A stretch of DNA of 64,000 nucleotides. It comes from Phycisphaerae bacterium. GTDB taxonomy: Bacteria > Planctomycetota > Phycisphaerae > UBA1845. Location: NCBI GenBank assembly GCA_963666835.2, contig CAXXGO010000003.1:576001-640000 (forward strand), written 5' to 3'. Positions 9,945-19,342 of the stretch are shown in pieces; positions within the stretch are counted from its first letter, which is position 1; every line of letters starts with the position of its first letter. The notes below the pieces were generated by a model. The model worked only from the letters and a program-made list of their open reading frames with translations, searched no databases and was not told the DNA's origin. A program made the translations under genes and the position numbers.

Positions 9945-11981
9945 TCACGGGGACTCCAGCGGGGTAAACCGCAATACCAGTCGCGCCGAGAAGTCCCTCT
10001 GGCCGGTTGCATGCACCTCGTAGGATGAGAACTCGAGCATCCGGCCGAGCGAAACCAGCTCGCGAACGGCTTCCACCGGCATCATTGCCGGAGCCTGCCT
10101 ATCGGACAACAGAAGCGGGCGTTGTGTCATCATAACATCCAACATCGAGTCCTCGCGTAACACGCGGAGCACGGGGTTATGAGTGTCATGCGCTCCGGCC
10201 AGCATTTCGCTGAGATCGCTGGCCGGCGACGCCAATCCCAGCAACACGCCATTCACCCCCAGGATTAGGTCGTCGGGCTCCAACACGCCTTCAGCCGGCG
10301 CCCCGTGCTGGACCTCGATGATGCCGACAACTCCAGGATCGAGTTCGGGGTCTATCTCGACGCCGATCTGGCGTCTCAGATCCCGCGCCGCCCCGCTGGG
10401 CGTCCGCCACCAAGTGGGATCGAGCAAAGAGGGCCTATCCTTCTCGACTGCCTCCAGCCAGGAACCAAGCGCTGCCGCCGCAGGACCGGGTTGAACAACC
10501 GACACCGTCTTGCGGTTGGCGCGGTAGAAGTTCAACTCCTGCATCTCCGGGACGGTCGCCAGTCTTGGGATCAACCCGCAGTGTGCGTCGACGATCCGGA
10601 CAATGTGTTCCCGGCTAAGGGCCAATACAAACCACCCCCCCCGAGTCGCCCACGCGGGCTCTACATTCGCCAGAAGGCGCATTATTGGGAACCGTGATCG
10701 CTCGGCATATTGTTTCAGAGAGACGTACGTGATGGGCGTACCAAGATGGGCACTCTGGAGGATCTTGGGCGCGTCGATCGGTTCGACCGGATCGACTACT
10801 CTCAGCAGCTCGATCATCCTGTCGGCAATGCGGCGGACCTCGCGCATGGTGGCGGCACTATCCTGACATTCGACCATTAACGCGACTTGCGGGGTAGCGT
10901 CCTCGGCGGTGAGATCCTGATCCCAAGCGGTCACCACGTGTGGGCCAAGCAAGTCCAAGAAGCCGGGGTCACTCGTCGCTTTCTCATCTGAAACGCCGAG
11001 CAAGGCCAGGTATCTTCCCAATACCCCCGAAGACGGATTACCGATCGCCTCGCGAAAAACGCGCCCAACATCGACGGATGTTGCCGAGGCGAAGAGGGTC
11101 GTCCGAGGAAGCCGCAGCAGGCGACCATAGGCCGGTTGGGTGATCGCGTTACCGGCGCGCGGCACTGTTCGACGGCCCCGGATAGAGAAATCTATGTGCC
11201 CGTCATGTTCGTACATCCCGACGGCCACGCCATCCAACTCCGGTATCAGCCATCTGGGTCCCGAGCCAGCTTCCACCGGTCGGCGGCGCGCAGCATAAGC
11301 GGTCGCCAAGGGCCTCCCAGGAAGATAAGCCGCCAAATCGTGATAGCTCTGAGCTTGTTCGAGAGCGTCCCCTCCCTGCCCGACCATAAGGCGTCCGGTC
11401 TGACTTAGCAGGGACCGGGGACCGCTTCGGCGAGCCATAGCCACGATTCCGTCACGAACGACAACGCGCAGCCCGTCGTTCGTGCGGAACGACCGCACAA
11501 CAGATGTCTGCCCCTCACCCCGTCGCTGGTCCTTCGGGAACCACCGATCGATCACATCCCCGCTACGAACACGGGCCAGCCACACCGCCCCCCCTAGTTG
11601 CGACCAGGAGTCGGCAACCACACCCACCTCGCTCCCCAGAAGCTCATCAATGTCGACCGAGCTACCTCGACCGAGGAATCTGGCGACGGCGGCTCGCAGG
11701 CTTGGCGGCTGGTCTGATCCTTCGCCACCCGCCGCAAGTGGAAGCAATCGGCCTGCGTGGGTTTGCAGCAAAGCGGAATCGACCTCTGCCGGTCTGTGGA
11801 AATCAACGAAGAGCTTGGCCGAAGCGGGAACGAATCTGACAAACGGGGTGAGCCCGGAGGATCGTGGGTCGTCTTGCTGGGCGAACGTGACCGAAGCGAC
11901 TACCGCCGCAACTGTGATTATCGTCACCTGGAAGACGCGCGCCGTGCGAGCTTCTCCCACGCTGCCCTGCGAGAGTATCAT
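9945..11981 (-). CDS. Exported protein with C-terminal PDZ domain
   Basis: N-terminal hydrophobic signal; 'IIEVQHGAPAEGVLEPDDLILGVNG...LRVLRE' PDZ signature; no protease motif seen. Confidence 0.6.
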   Translation of the reverse strand: MILSQGSVGEARTARVFQVTIITVAAVVASVTFAQQDDPRSSGLTPFVRFVPASAKLFVDFHRPAEVDSALLQTHAGRLLPLAAGGEGSDQPPSLRAAVARFLGRGSSVDIDELLGSEVGVVADSWSQLGGAVWLARVRSGDVIDRWFPKDQRRGEGQTSVVRSFRTNDGLRVVVRDGIVAMARRSGPRSLLSQTGRLMVGQGGDALEQAQSYHDLAAYLPGRPLATAYAARRRPVEAGSGPRWLIPELDGVAVGMYEHDGHIDFSIRGRRTVPRAGNAITQPAYGRLLRLPRTTLFASATSVDVGRVFREAIGNPSSGVLGRYLALLGVSDEKATSDPGFLDLLGPHVVTAWDQDLTAEDATPQVALMVECQDSAATMREVRRIADRMIELLRVVDPVEPIDAPKILQSAHLGTPITYVSLKQYAERSRFPIMRLLANVEPAWATRGGWFVLALSREHIVRIVDAHCGLIPRLATVPEMQELNFYRANRKTVSVVQPGPAAAALGSWLEAVEKDRPSLLDPTWWRTPSGAARDLRRQIGVEIDPELDPGVVGIIEVQHGAPAEGVLEPDDLILGVNGVLLGLASPASDLSEMLAGAHDTHNPVLRVLREDSMLDVMMTQRPLLLSDRQAPAMMPVEAVRELVSLGRMLEFSSYEVHATGQRDFSARLVLRFTPLESP

Positions 11982-12089
11982 TGATGAGTTGACCCTGTTA
12001 ACCCCGTCCGTTATTCGACGCCCGCGCGTTACCGCAAGACCGACTTGCGCAGATGTCGAGCCTCTGGAGCTCGCAAACCCGGGCCGCTA

Positions 12090-12755
12090 CTACTCGGAGC
12101 CGCTGTCTGGCACAGCACCGGCATGGGGTGAGGAAGCCTCCGAAACATCATCGGCGGGTGAATCGCCTTCCTGAACACCCGAGGAAACCTCGGCTTGTTC
12201 CAGAACGTCAATCAAGTCGAGTATCCGCCCATCCAGCGCCCGTTGCAGCGATTCTCCGCTCCGGCGTTTCGTATCCAGGCGATCCAAGAACTGTCGACCC
12301 CACTGGTCCAATTCCTGTGTGGTCGGGTCGTCCACTTCGGGGACGGGATTGCCGACTGCGTCTTCGATCAGCGGCATTCCGCCGTCCAAGCTTGACCAAG
12401 TAGCCTCCTGGCCTGCACGCACTCCGACCTGGCGGTCAAAGCTTCCTAAGAAGGCCATCACCACTACCGCGGCCGCGGCGAGTGGCCCGGCGATGTATAG
12501 TCCTCGCCGAACCCGGTGAGTCCAGCGCGAGCGACGTTCGTCCATGCACGCCAGCAGTCGATCGCTGAATCCATCATTTAGTAGTACGGGGTCTTCATCC
12601 GATTCGAGGATGTGCCCGGTCACCTCGAGTAGCGCCAGAGCCCGCCGGCAATCCGGACAACGCAGCCGATGAGCCCCAAGCTCCGTCTCCATCGCCGGCG
12701 ACAGTTCGCCGTCGAGATACGCGTCAAACAACCGACGTGCTTCCTCGCAACGCAT
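12090..12755 (-). CDS. Zinc-binding (zf-HC2/ZAS) transmembrane anti-sigma factor
   Basis: MRCEE..YLDGEL..HRLRCPDC (HxxxCxxC) followed by one TM segment; directly downstream of an ECF sigma. Confidence 0.88.
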   Translation of the reverse strand: MRCEEARRLFDAYLDGELSPAMETELGAHRLRCPDCRRALALLEVTGHILESDEDPVLLNDGFSDRLLACMDERRSRWTHRVRRGLYIAGPLAAAAVVVMAFLGSFDRQVGVRAGQEATWSSLDGGMPLIEDAVGNPVPEVDDPTTQELDQWGRQFLDRLDTKRRSGESLQRALDGRILDLIDVLEQAEVSSGVQEGDSPADDVSEASSPHAGAVPDSGSE

Positions 12756-12815
12756 GGTCCGATCTCGTCAAAGTACCTCAAGCGAACGATCCGTTCCGTT
12801 CGCGTCCATTCCCTT

Positions 12816-13433
12816 CTACCCCACTTGCCCCGAAAGATTGCGAAGATGATGCAATTCCTGATCGCTTAGGGATTCCAATAACTCCCGCAGACGCTTACGG
12901 GCCCGGTGAAGGTGGCTTTTGACCGTTGCCACGGGCAACTCCAGAACCCGCGCGATCTCCTGACAGCTAAACTCCTGCCGATAAAAGAGCAACACGGTGG
13001 CCCGCTGAACGGGGGTAAGGCGGTCAACCGCGTGCCAGACCGTGTCTTTGAGCCGCCCGGCGTCCTCGGATTCCAACGATGCCGCGGAATTGTCATTATT
13101 CGCCAGGGGCAGTGTCAGCACATCGACATCGGTCCCCTGGGTCCGCTTGCTGCGCATGCGGTTAAGGCAGACGCGGTATCCGATCGTGAACAGCCACGTG
13201 CTGAACCGATACTCCACGGAGAAGGTATCGAGCGAGGCAAACGCCTTCAGGAAGGCGTCCTGGCAGATCTCCTCGGCATCATGGTGGTTACGGATCATCC
13301 GCCAGATGAAAGCGAAGAGGCGATCCTTGTGATTGTCGACCAACTCGCGCACGGCCCCCCTATCGCCGCTACGCGCGCGACCGATGAGCTGCCGCTCATA
13401 CTCCCGGCTAACCGTCCCGGTACTTTGAGTCAC
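12816..13433 (-). CDS. ECF-family RNA polymerase sigma factor
   Basis: DAEEICQDAFLKAF, FSTWLF, EIARVLELPVATVKSHLHRAR. Confidence 0.93.
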   Translation of the reverse strand: MTQSTGTVSREYERQLIGRARSGDRGAVRELVDNHKDRLFAFIWRMIRNHHDAEEICQDAFLKAFASLDTFSVEYRFSTWLFTIGYRVCLNRMRSKRTQGTDVDVLTLPLANNDNSAASLESEDAGRLKDTVWHAVDRLTPVQRATVLLFYRQEFSCQEIARVLELPVATVKSHLHRARKRLRELLESLSDQELHHLRNLSGQVG

Positions 13434-13456
13434 TGGTGCACCTACCTCACACAGCC

Positions 13457-13487
13457 ATTATAACCCTCGAATCGTCCCAACGTTGCA
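13457..13487 (-). promoter_or_regulatory. Candidate promoter of the ECF sigma gene
   Basis: Minus strand TGCAAC-N16-GGTTA (ECF-like), overlapping a TATAAT. Confidence 0.4.
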
Positions 13488-13577
13488 GTTGAGCCCCTCT
13501 ACTATAGAATCGGCCGCGAACGGCCGGATGCAAGGGCAGGATCGTATTTTCTGCAAACTATTTACAGAACAGTGTTT

Positions 13578-14050
13578 ATGAGCAAGAGTCAGGCGTCCGA
13601 TAACTCGATTTGCCGCAATCGCAAGGCCGGGTACCGCTTCGAGATACTCGAAAAGTACGAATGCGGCGTCGTCCTGCTCGGCACGGAGGTCAAGAGCTTG
13701 CGCGAGCGTAACGCCTCCCTGGACGAGGCTTTTGCACGCCTGGATCGCGACGAACTCTGGCTGCTGGGGTTTCATATCGCCCCCTACAGCTTCGGGCACA
13801 CGACCAATCACGAGCCCATGCGCCGCCGGAAGCTGCTTCTGCATTCCGGGAGATTCGCAAGATTAAGCCGAAAGTGGAGCAACGCGGGCTGACCCTGGTG
13901 CCACTGCGAGCGTACTTCAACGAACGCGGGATCGCCAAAATCACGATCGCGGTCGCCCGTGGTAAGAAGCTGGTCGACAAGCGGCAGGATCACAAGGCTC
14001 GGGACCACGGCCGGGAGATGGAAAGAGCGATGCGCCGATCACGGCGATAG
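13578..14050 (+). pseudogene. smpB: SsrA-binding protein SmpB, split by a 1-nt frameshift near 13846 (probably a sequencing error)
   Basis: NRKA, GTEVKSLR, RKLLLH in the first frame; [24 protein letters not shown]...GKKLVDKR...TAG continues in the -1 frame. Confidence 0.9.
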
Positions 14051-14112
14051 CCCCACCGTCAAGACTGCGATCAGGGATCACCATCTGCCTGGATCCGGAC
14101 TCCTCCAGCCCT

Positions 14113-15564
14113 TCAGCTTTCAGAGGACGAATCTTCGGAGCGATGCGGAACCAGCATACTGAAGACCGGGTTGACTGCGAGTGACACCAGCATGCCTATC
14201 GTACCCGCTTCCGGGGAAGAGGATCCTCGGGCAAACAGCACAATGCAGGTACCCAAGCCCAGGACGGACGACGACACCGCTCCGAAGCGATTCACCCGTC
14301 GGCTAAGCAGACCCCAGACGAACGGGCCAAGGAACACCGCGCCGATTGCCCCCCAGGATATGCTAAGTATGGCTACAATGGTCTCCAACCGCCTGGCCGC
14401 CAGAACAACTGACGCTAACACGAATAGCAAGCTTGCACCGCGCATTAATAGAGTCAGCCGTGCGTCACTGGCGCTCGGATTGATGAAACCGGCGTAAACG
14501 TCCTTCACAACCGCAGCACTCGAGATCAAGACCAGAGCGGCCAGGGTCGACATCGAGGCCGACAGCACCAACAATAGAATGAGTACCGATAGCGATTCAG
14601 GCACGACATTGGCCAGCAGCTCCGGCATGAGCCTGTCGAAGACCGGCTTGCCCTCAGCAAAGGCGTTCGGAGCAATCTCGGGCGACAGAAACAACCGCGT
14701 AGTTGCCCCGGTGAAATAGGCCGTTCCACCGATCAGAACGGCCAACCCCGTCGAGGCGACCATGCCGATCCTGATCGACCGGTCGTCTTTGATCGCATAG
14801 AATTTCTGGAGAAGCTGCGGCATTCCAAAGGGAGCCACACTAGTCAGAAAGACCAGACAGAAAAGCGGCCACACACCCGGCGGTCCTACCCATCCCGCCA
14901 GCTTGGGGTTGATCTCCGAGAGACCTCGGCTGATACCGGCTACGCCATTACCCTTGCCTATCGTAAACCACAGCAGGATCGAGACTCCTAAGACCATAAT
15001 CATGCCGAAGCACACATCGATCAACGCCATCGATTTATAACCGCCGAGCACCAGGTACATCGCGGTGAACGTGCCCATTATGATGACTGCTGTGACGAAC
15101 TCTATGTCAAAATGGGATTGGAAAAGATAGGAGAGCCCCATGAATACGGCTGAGGAGTACGGCACGAAGAATACGAACACGCAGATTGCCGCAAACAGCT
15201 TCAAAAACCGGCTATTGTAGCGCTTTTCGAAGAACTCAGGCATGGTATGCGCCCCGAGGGCGATGGATGTCTCCTTGATCCGCTTGCCGAGCAGCCACCA
15301 TACGCCAAGAACGCCAACGAACGCGTTACACGCGGCGATCCACAACCCGGAATACCCAAACGCCCAGCCGATCTTGCCGGCGAAGCCGATAAAGAGCACC
15401 GCGGAGAAATACGCGGCCGCGTACGTGAACGCGGTCATCCAAGGCCCGATCCCGCGCCCCCCGAGGAAGAAATCGGAGAACGAGCGGGTCTTTCTCATCC
15501 CCCACACCCCCACGAACACGATCATCAGAGCGTAGGCGGCAAGGACGATCCCCTTCAGCAACAT
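14113..15564 (-). CDS. Sodium:solute symporter (SSS; PutP/PanF-like)
   Basis: FFLGGRGIGPW, TMPEFFEKRY, PQLLQKFY, SASMST; many TM helices; GAAGGGAG RBS. Confidence 0.9.
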   Translation of the reverse strand: MLLKGIVLAAYALMIVFVGVWGMRKTRSFSDFFLGGRGIGPWMTAFTYAAAYFSAVLFIGFAGKIGWAFGYSGLWIAACNAFVGVLGVWWLLGKRIKETSIALGAHTMPEFFEKRYNSRFLKLFAAICVFVFFVPYSSAVFMGLSYLFQSHFDIEFVTAVIIMGTFTAMYLVLGGYKSMALIDVCFGMIMVLGVSILLWFTIGKGNGVAGISRGLSEINPKLAGWVGPPGVWPLFCLVFLTSVAPFGMPQLLQKFYAIKDDRSIRIGMVASTGLAVLIGGTAYFTGATTRLFLSPEIAPNAFAEGKPVFDRLMPELLANVVPESLSVLILLLVLSASMSTLAALVLISSAAVVKDVYAGFINPSASDARLTLLMRGASLLFVLASVVLAARRLETIVAILSISWGAIGAVFLGPFVWGLLSRRVNRFGAVSSSVLGLGTCIVLFARGSSSPEAGTIGMLVSLAVNPVFSMLVPHRSEDSSSES

Positions 15565-15624
15565 CTGGCTACTCCCTTCGCGAGCCGCATGCACCGGCCG
15601 CGCAGCCTCGTAAGTAACTAAGGT

Positions 15625-17058
15625 CTAGAAGCTGATACTAAGTTCGGCCCGCAGGAAGGCGGCCGGGTCATTACGCTCGTTGGTGTAATAATCGCCCGGG
15701 AAGAACAGCTCCGCTATCAGGTGACCGCTGACGTTGTCGGTGAACTTGTAGGCCAGCTTCCCGGCCAGCAGTTGCCCACGGAAGCAGCCGCTGCCGCTGA
15801 ATCCATCCTGCCCGGCGAACGTGTTCTGGTCGGCAAACAACAAGTGGTAGTCGGAACGTAGCTCCATCTTCTCCGTTGGATGCCCCGTCCACCCCATGGT
15901 AAGCCGGTGGAGATTCGTCATATCTCCCAGCCGCGTCTCCCCGGCATAGGTGAAGATGTACAGCTCGCTAAAGCGAGGCCAGCGTCCCCACAGCGTGTCG
16001 AACGCCTCCACGACATCCGTTCCGGGATCGTCGCCGGACAGATACTCATAATCGAGCCGAAAGACGCTGTTCCACTTGTCGGCCGTCGCGTAGGTCAGCC
16101 TGGCGAGAGCCCCGAACGCGCACATCCGCTCACCGTTCTTCCTTCCGAATTGCCCGGCGAGGTTACCCCGCAGTTTCCAGCGATCGTTGAAACGATGCTC
16201 GGCTCGAGCCCCTATGGTGTAGATCTCGGCATCGTCTCCGTCGGGCAGTTCCGCGTTGGTTTTCTTGTAGATGAAGTACCCGTCGAGCTGCGTCTGCGGC
16301 AACGTCGTATTAGTCACCCACACGATCGCTCCGGTCTCGTCCTGTTCGATCAACGGGCGATCGCGATTGGAGATCGGATAGAACCAGTTCTCCCCGTGGG
16401 CATCTTGCTCCAAGTAGATTAGGTCCAACCGGGTCTCGATCTCCGTGAACTCGGCAGTGAGCCGGACCGCATCGAAGTACACCGACGACGACCCATCCAA
16501 CGGGGTGCCGTCCATCACCAGCCACCGGTCCCCGAGCATCAGTTCCTGCCGCCCGGCCTGCAGAGTGAACGGAGAACCGCCGATACTCTTCAACTTCACG
16601 TTGAGCCAGTCAATCATGAGCGAAGTCGGAGCCCAATTGTCCCGGCTGAGGGGGCGATCATAGTGTTTGCCCTCCCAGGCCAGGCGGAGGTTGAACTCGA
16701 CGTCTTCAACCGGCGTAACGGTTGTCCAGATGCGGACTCGCTGGCGTTGCCAGTGCCACTCGTGCCCGGCGGCCTTGCGGTCCAGGGTGAACACGTTGCC
16801 CATATAGGTTTCGCGTAGCCGGATGTCCATGCCCCACTCCAACCAGGGCACGGGGTTCGTGATCTTGTCCAACAGGCTCGGGGGGGCGTCGGGAGCCTCA
16901 TCCTCGGCGAACACCGCGTCAGAGACTGCCAGGGCGAGGCTTGTGCTCTCACCTCCCGGGGGCTCGGCACCCCGGGCATGACCCGACGCGAACGGGCCGA
17001 GAGACCACAGAGTCAATCCGACTATCACGGGCGAACTGAAGAGCCTCACTTTGTTCAT
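15625..17058 (-). CDS. Outer-membrane beta-barrel, alginate-export (AlgE-like) family
   Basis: Signal peptide, GRQEL..GD, YLSGDDP, amphipathic strands, C-terminal F; AAGGAG RBS. Confidence 0.75.
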   Translation of the reverse strand: MNKVRLFSSPVIVGLTLWSLGPFASGHARGAEPPGGESTSLALAVSDAVFAEDEAPDAPPSLLDKITNPVPWLEWGMDIRLRETYMGNVFTLDRKAAGHEWHWQRQRVRIWTTVTPVEDVEFNLRLAWEGKHYDRPLSRDNWAPTSLMIDWLNVKLKSIGGSPFTLQAGRQELMLGDRWLVMDGTPLDGSSSVYFDAVRLTAEFTEIETRLDLIYLEQDAHGENWFYPISNRDRPLIEQDETGAIVWVTNTTLPQTQLDGYFIYKKTNAELPDGDDAEIYTIGARAEHRFNDRWKLRGNLAGQFGRKNGERMCAFGALARLTYATADKWNSVFRLDYEYLSGDDPGTDVVEAFDTLWGRWPRFSELYIFTYAGETRLGDMTNLHRLTMGWTGHPTEKMELRSDYHLLFADQNTFAGQDGFSGSGCFRGQLLAGKLAYKFTDNVSGHLIAELFFPGDYYTNERNDPAAFLRAELSISF

Positions 17059-17258
17059 CCGGCAAGTTCTCCTTATAAGGCTCCGGGCGACCATCAAAGG
17101 ACCGTCGCGGTTGGAACCGCCGTACTCCCCGGGCCGGCCGCCCCGGGCGCAATCGACCCCGCACCGTACCCCGAGGCTGGGGAATCCTATCATGAACCCG
17201 TGGTTTTCCGCCAGCTTACCCGCTGATAGCCCATCATGTAGCGTTTTGTGTGCTCGGA

Positions 17259-17287
17259 TTGCCCGCGTTGTCGTCGGACAGTAAAAT
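17259..17287 (+). promoter_or_regulatory. Sigma70-type promoter upstream of the S8 peptidase
   Basis: TTGCCC-N17-TAAAAT. Confidence 0.55.
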
Positions 17288-17363
17288 CTGCGCCCACGTC
17301 GACGGCCAAGCCGTCCTAACCAAGCTAACAACGAGTTCCTACGCTATACGAGGAGACCCTTAG

Positions 17364-19259
17364 ATGCATCTTCGATTTAATCCGATCCGGTTCCTCCGGA
17401 CCATCTGCTTGGCGGCCGCGCTGATTGCCGCCCCCGTGTTCGGTTCGGGTGACGCTCCGAAGCAGAAGATCAAGATCGACAAGCTGGATGACCTGCCGAA
17501 GCACATGTACCCCGTGTCCGGCAAGGCTTCGGTGCTGATCAACTCCAAAGAGCGCGTCCTGGAACTGGCAAGAACCGTCCGCGCGGACGTTGAGGCCGAT
17601 CTGGCCGGCTACGAGATAACCGACCCAACCACGCTCAAGCGCATGTACGGCACGTTGCTCAGCATTGATCTCATCGAGGGCAAATTCGACGCGGCGTTGG
17701 CTCGCATCGAACAAATCCGTGCTCTGGAGGACAAGGAGGCCAAGAAACTGACCGCGGGCCTGACGAACATCGCCATGATCGCAGCAAAACGGGAAGTGGG
17801 CTCCGATGCACCCACAGCGGAGTACAAGGCGGCCTTCAGCCGTCATCTAACCAAGCTCACTGCCGCATTGCCCTGGTCCGTCGTTCAGGACACGATCCAA
17901 CAGAGCAAGGGGCGGCTGGAGATCTTCAGCGAGAATCTGCTCCGCGGCCTTGTCGAAGCCCAGATGGACCCGGTCGTTGCCGAGACGGGCGAGCTCAACG
18001 GCGATCAGGCCGCCGGAGTGATCGGCATCCGCTTCACTATCGACGAGCGTCTCCCGCTCAAGAGCGAGACCATCGCCGTTTATCAGAAGCTGATTGAAGC
18101 CAACAAGACGGTGAAACCCGACATCTGGGAGGCGCGTTCGGTTGCTCTGTCGAAGGACATGAAGCTCAAGCCCGTCCTGGCGGCCGTTTGGGACTCCGGC
18201 GTCGACGCCGATATCTTCTACGGGCGCATGTTCGTCAATGCGAGCGAGTTGCGGGACGGTAAGGACAACGACGGCAACGGCTTCGTCGATGACATTCACG
18301 GGATTGCCTACGACATGAACGCCCACCGAGCGACCGGAGTCCTGTTCCCGCTGGGAGACGCGGCCGCGCGAATGCCTCAGGTAATGCAACACACCAAAGG
18401 CCTTATGGACATCCAAGCCGCCATCGACAGCCCCGAGGCAACCGAACTGAAAAGGCACCTGTCCTCGCTGGATTCGGCAGACGTGAAGGGGTTCCTCGAA
18501 GACCTCAGCCTGGCGGGCAACTACTCGCACGGGACCCACGTGGCCGGCATAATGGCAGCGGGGAACCCTTTCATCCGTCTGTTGGTTGCCCGGCACACGT
18601 ACGACTATCACACGATCCCCGTCGCCCGGACAGAAGATTGGGGCGAGCGCGACGGTGCGAAGTGCCTCGATACCGTCGAGTACCTCAAACGTCATCGCGT
18701 ACGCGTCGTCAATATGAGCTGGGGAGAATCACAGCAGGACGCGGAGGATTCTCTGGAAGCCAACGGAATCGGCGAGAGCGCGGAAGAACGCCTCGCGATC
18801 GCCCGCCGGGTTTTCGCCTCGCAGAAGGAAGGGCTCTACAACGCAATCAAGAACGCTCCGGACATCCTATTCGTATGTGCGGCCGGAAACGCCGATAACG
18901 ATGTAGAGTTCGACGAGTACATTGCTTCGTCGTTTGAGCTGCCGAATCTAATTACCGTCGGAGCAGTGGATCAGGCGGGAGATCCCACCTCATTCACCAG
19001 TTTCGGCAAGACCGTGCAGGTGTACGCCAACGGATTCGAGGTCGAAAGCTACGTTCCCGGCGGCGCGCGGATGAAGTTCTCGGGTACGTCGATGGCGGCT
19101 CCGAACGTGGCCAACCTGGCGGCGAAGATGATTGCCGTCGACCCGACGTTGACCCCGACCAAGGTGATTGAGTTGATCAAAAAGGGCGCCGACCGCACGA
19201 CTGCCGGCGGCACGTCGTTTTTGCTCATGAACCCGAAGAAGACGATGGATCTGCTCTAA
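17364..19259 (+). CDS. Secreted S8 (subtilisin-family) serine peptidase
   Basis: Catalytic triad motifs VWDSGVD, HGTHVAG, GTSMAAP; AAGN oxyanion motif; signal peptide. Confidence 0.93.
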   Translation: MHLRFNPIRFLRTICLAAALIAAPVFGSGDAPKQKIKIDKLDDLPKHMYPVSGKASVLINSKERVLELARTVRADVEADLAGYEITDPTTLKRMYGTLLSIDLIEGKFDAALARIEQIRALEDKEAKKLTAGLTNIAMIAAKREVGSDAPTAEYKAAFSRHLTKLTAALPWSVVQDTIQQSKGRLEIFSENLLRGLVEAQMDPVVAETGELNGDQAAGVIGIRFTIDERLPLKSETIAVYQKLIEANKTVKPDIWEARSVALSKDMKLKPVLAAVWDSGVDADIFYGRMFVNASELRDGKDNDGNGFVDDIHGIAYDMNAHRATGVLFPLGDAAARMPQVMQHTKGLMDIQAAIDSPEATELKRHLSSLDSADVKGFLEDLSLAGNYSHGTHVAGIMAAGNPFIRLLVARHTYDYHTIPVARTEDWGERDGAKCLDTVEYLKRHRVRVVNMSWGESQQDAEDSLEANGIGESAEERLAIARRVFASQKEGLYNAIKNAPDILFVCAAGNADNDVEFDEYIASSFELPNLITVGAVDQAGDPTSFTSFGKTVQVYANGFEVESYVPGGARMKFSGTSMAAPNVANLAAKMIAVDPTLTPTKVIELIKKGADRTTAGGTSFLLMNPKKTMDLL

Positions 19260-19342
19260 CACCGCAACCGGGAAGGTCGATCCGTCGACCCGCCCGAGGC
19301 GGATAGTTCCGTGAAAACCAGATATCTCGGAGGTGTTCTCCC

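Noticed and set aside
13440..14112. tmRNA next to smpB, or a programmed frameshift in smpB
   Set aside because: No GGGG..TTCGA tRNA-like ends seen; no canonical slippery heptamer at the break
17170..17240. Fluoride-riboswitch-like words (GCTGAT, AACC)
   Set aside because: Lacks the GGxGATG 5' element and pseudoknot pairing; no fluoride-related gene downstream
17059..17331. Extended N-termini in the ORF track (15625..17331, 46309..47679, 31821..33194, 25510..27063)
   Set aside because: Downstream starts have better RBS/signal peptides; extensions overlap promoters or adjacent genes
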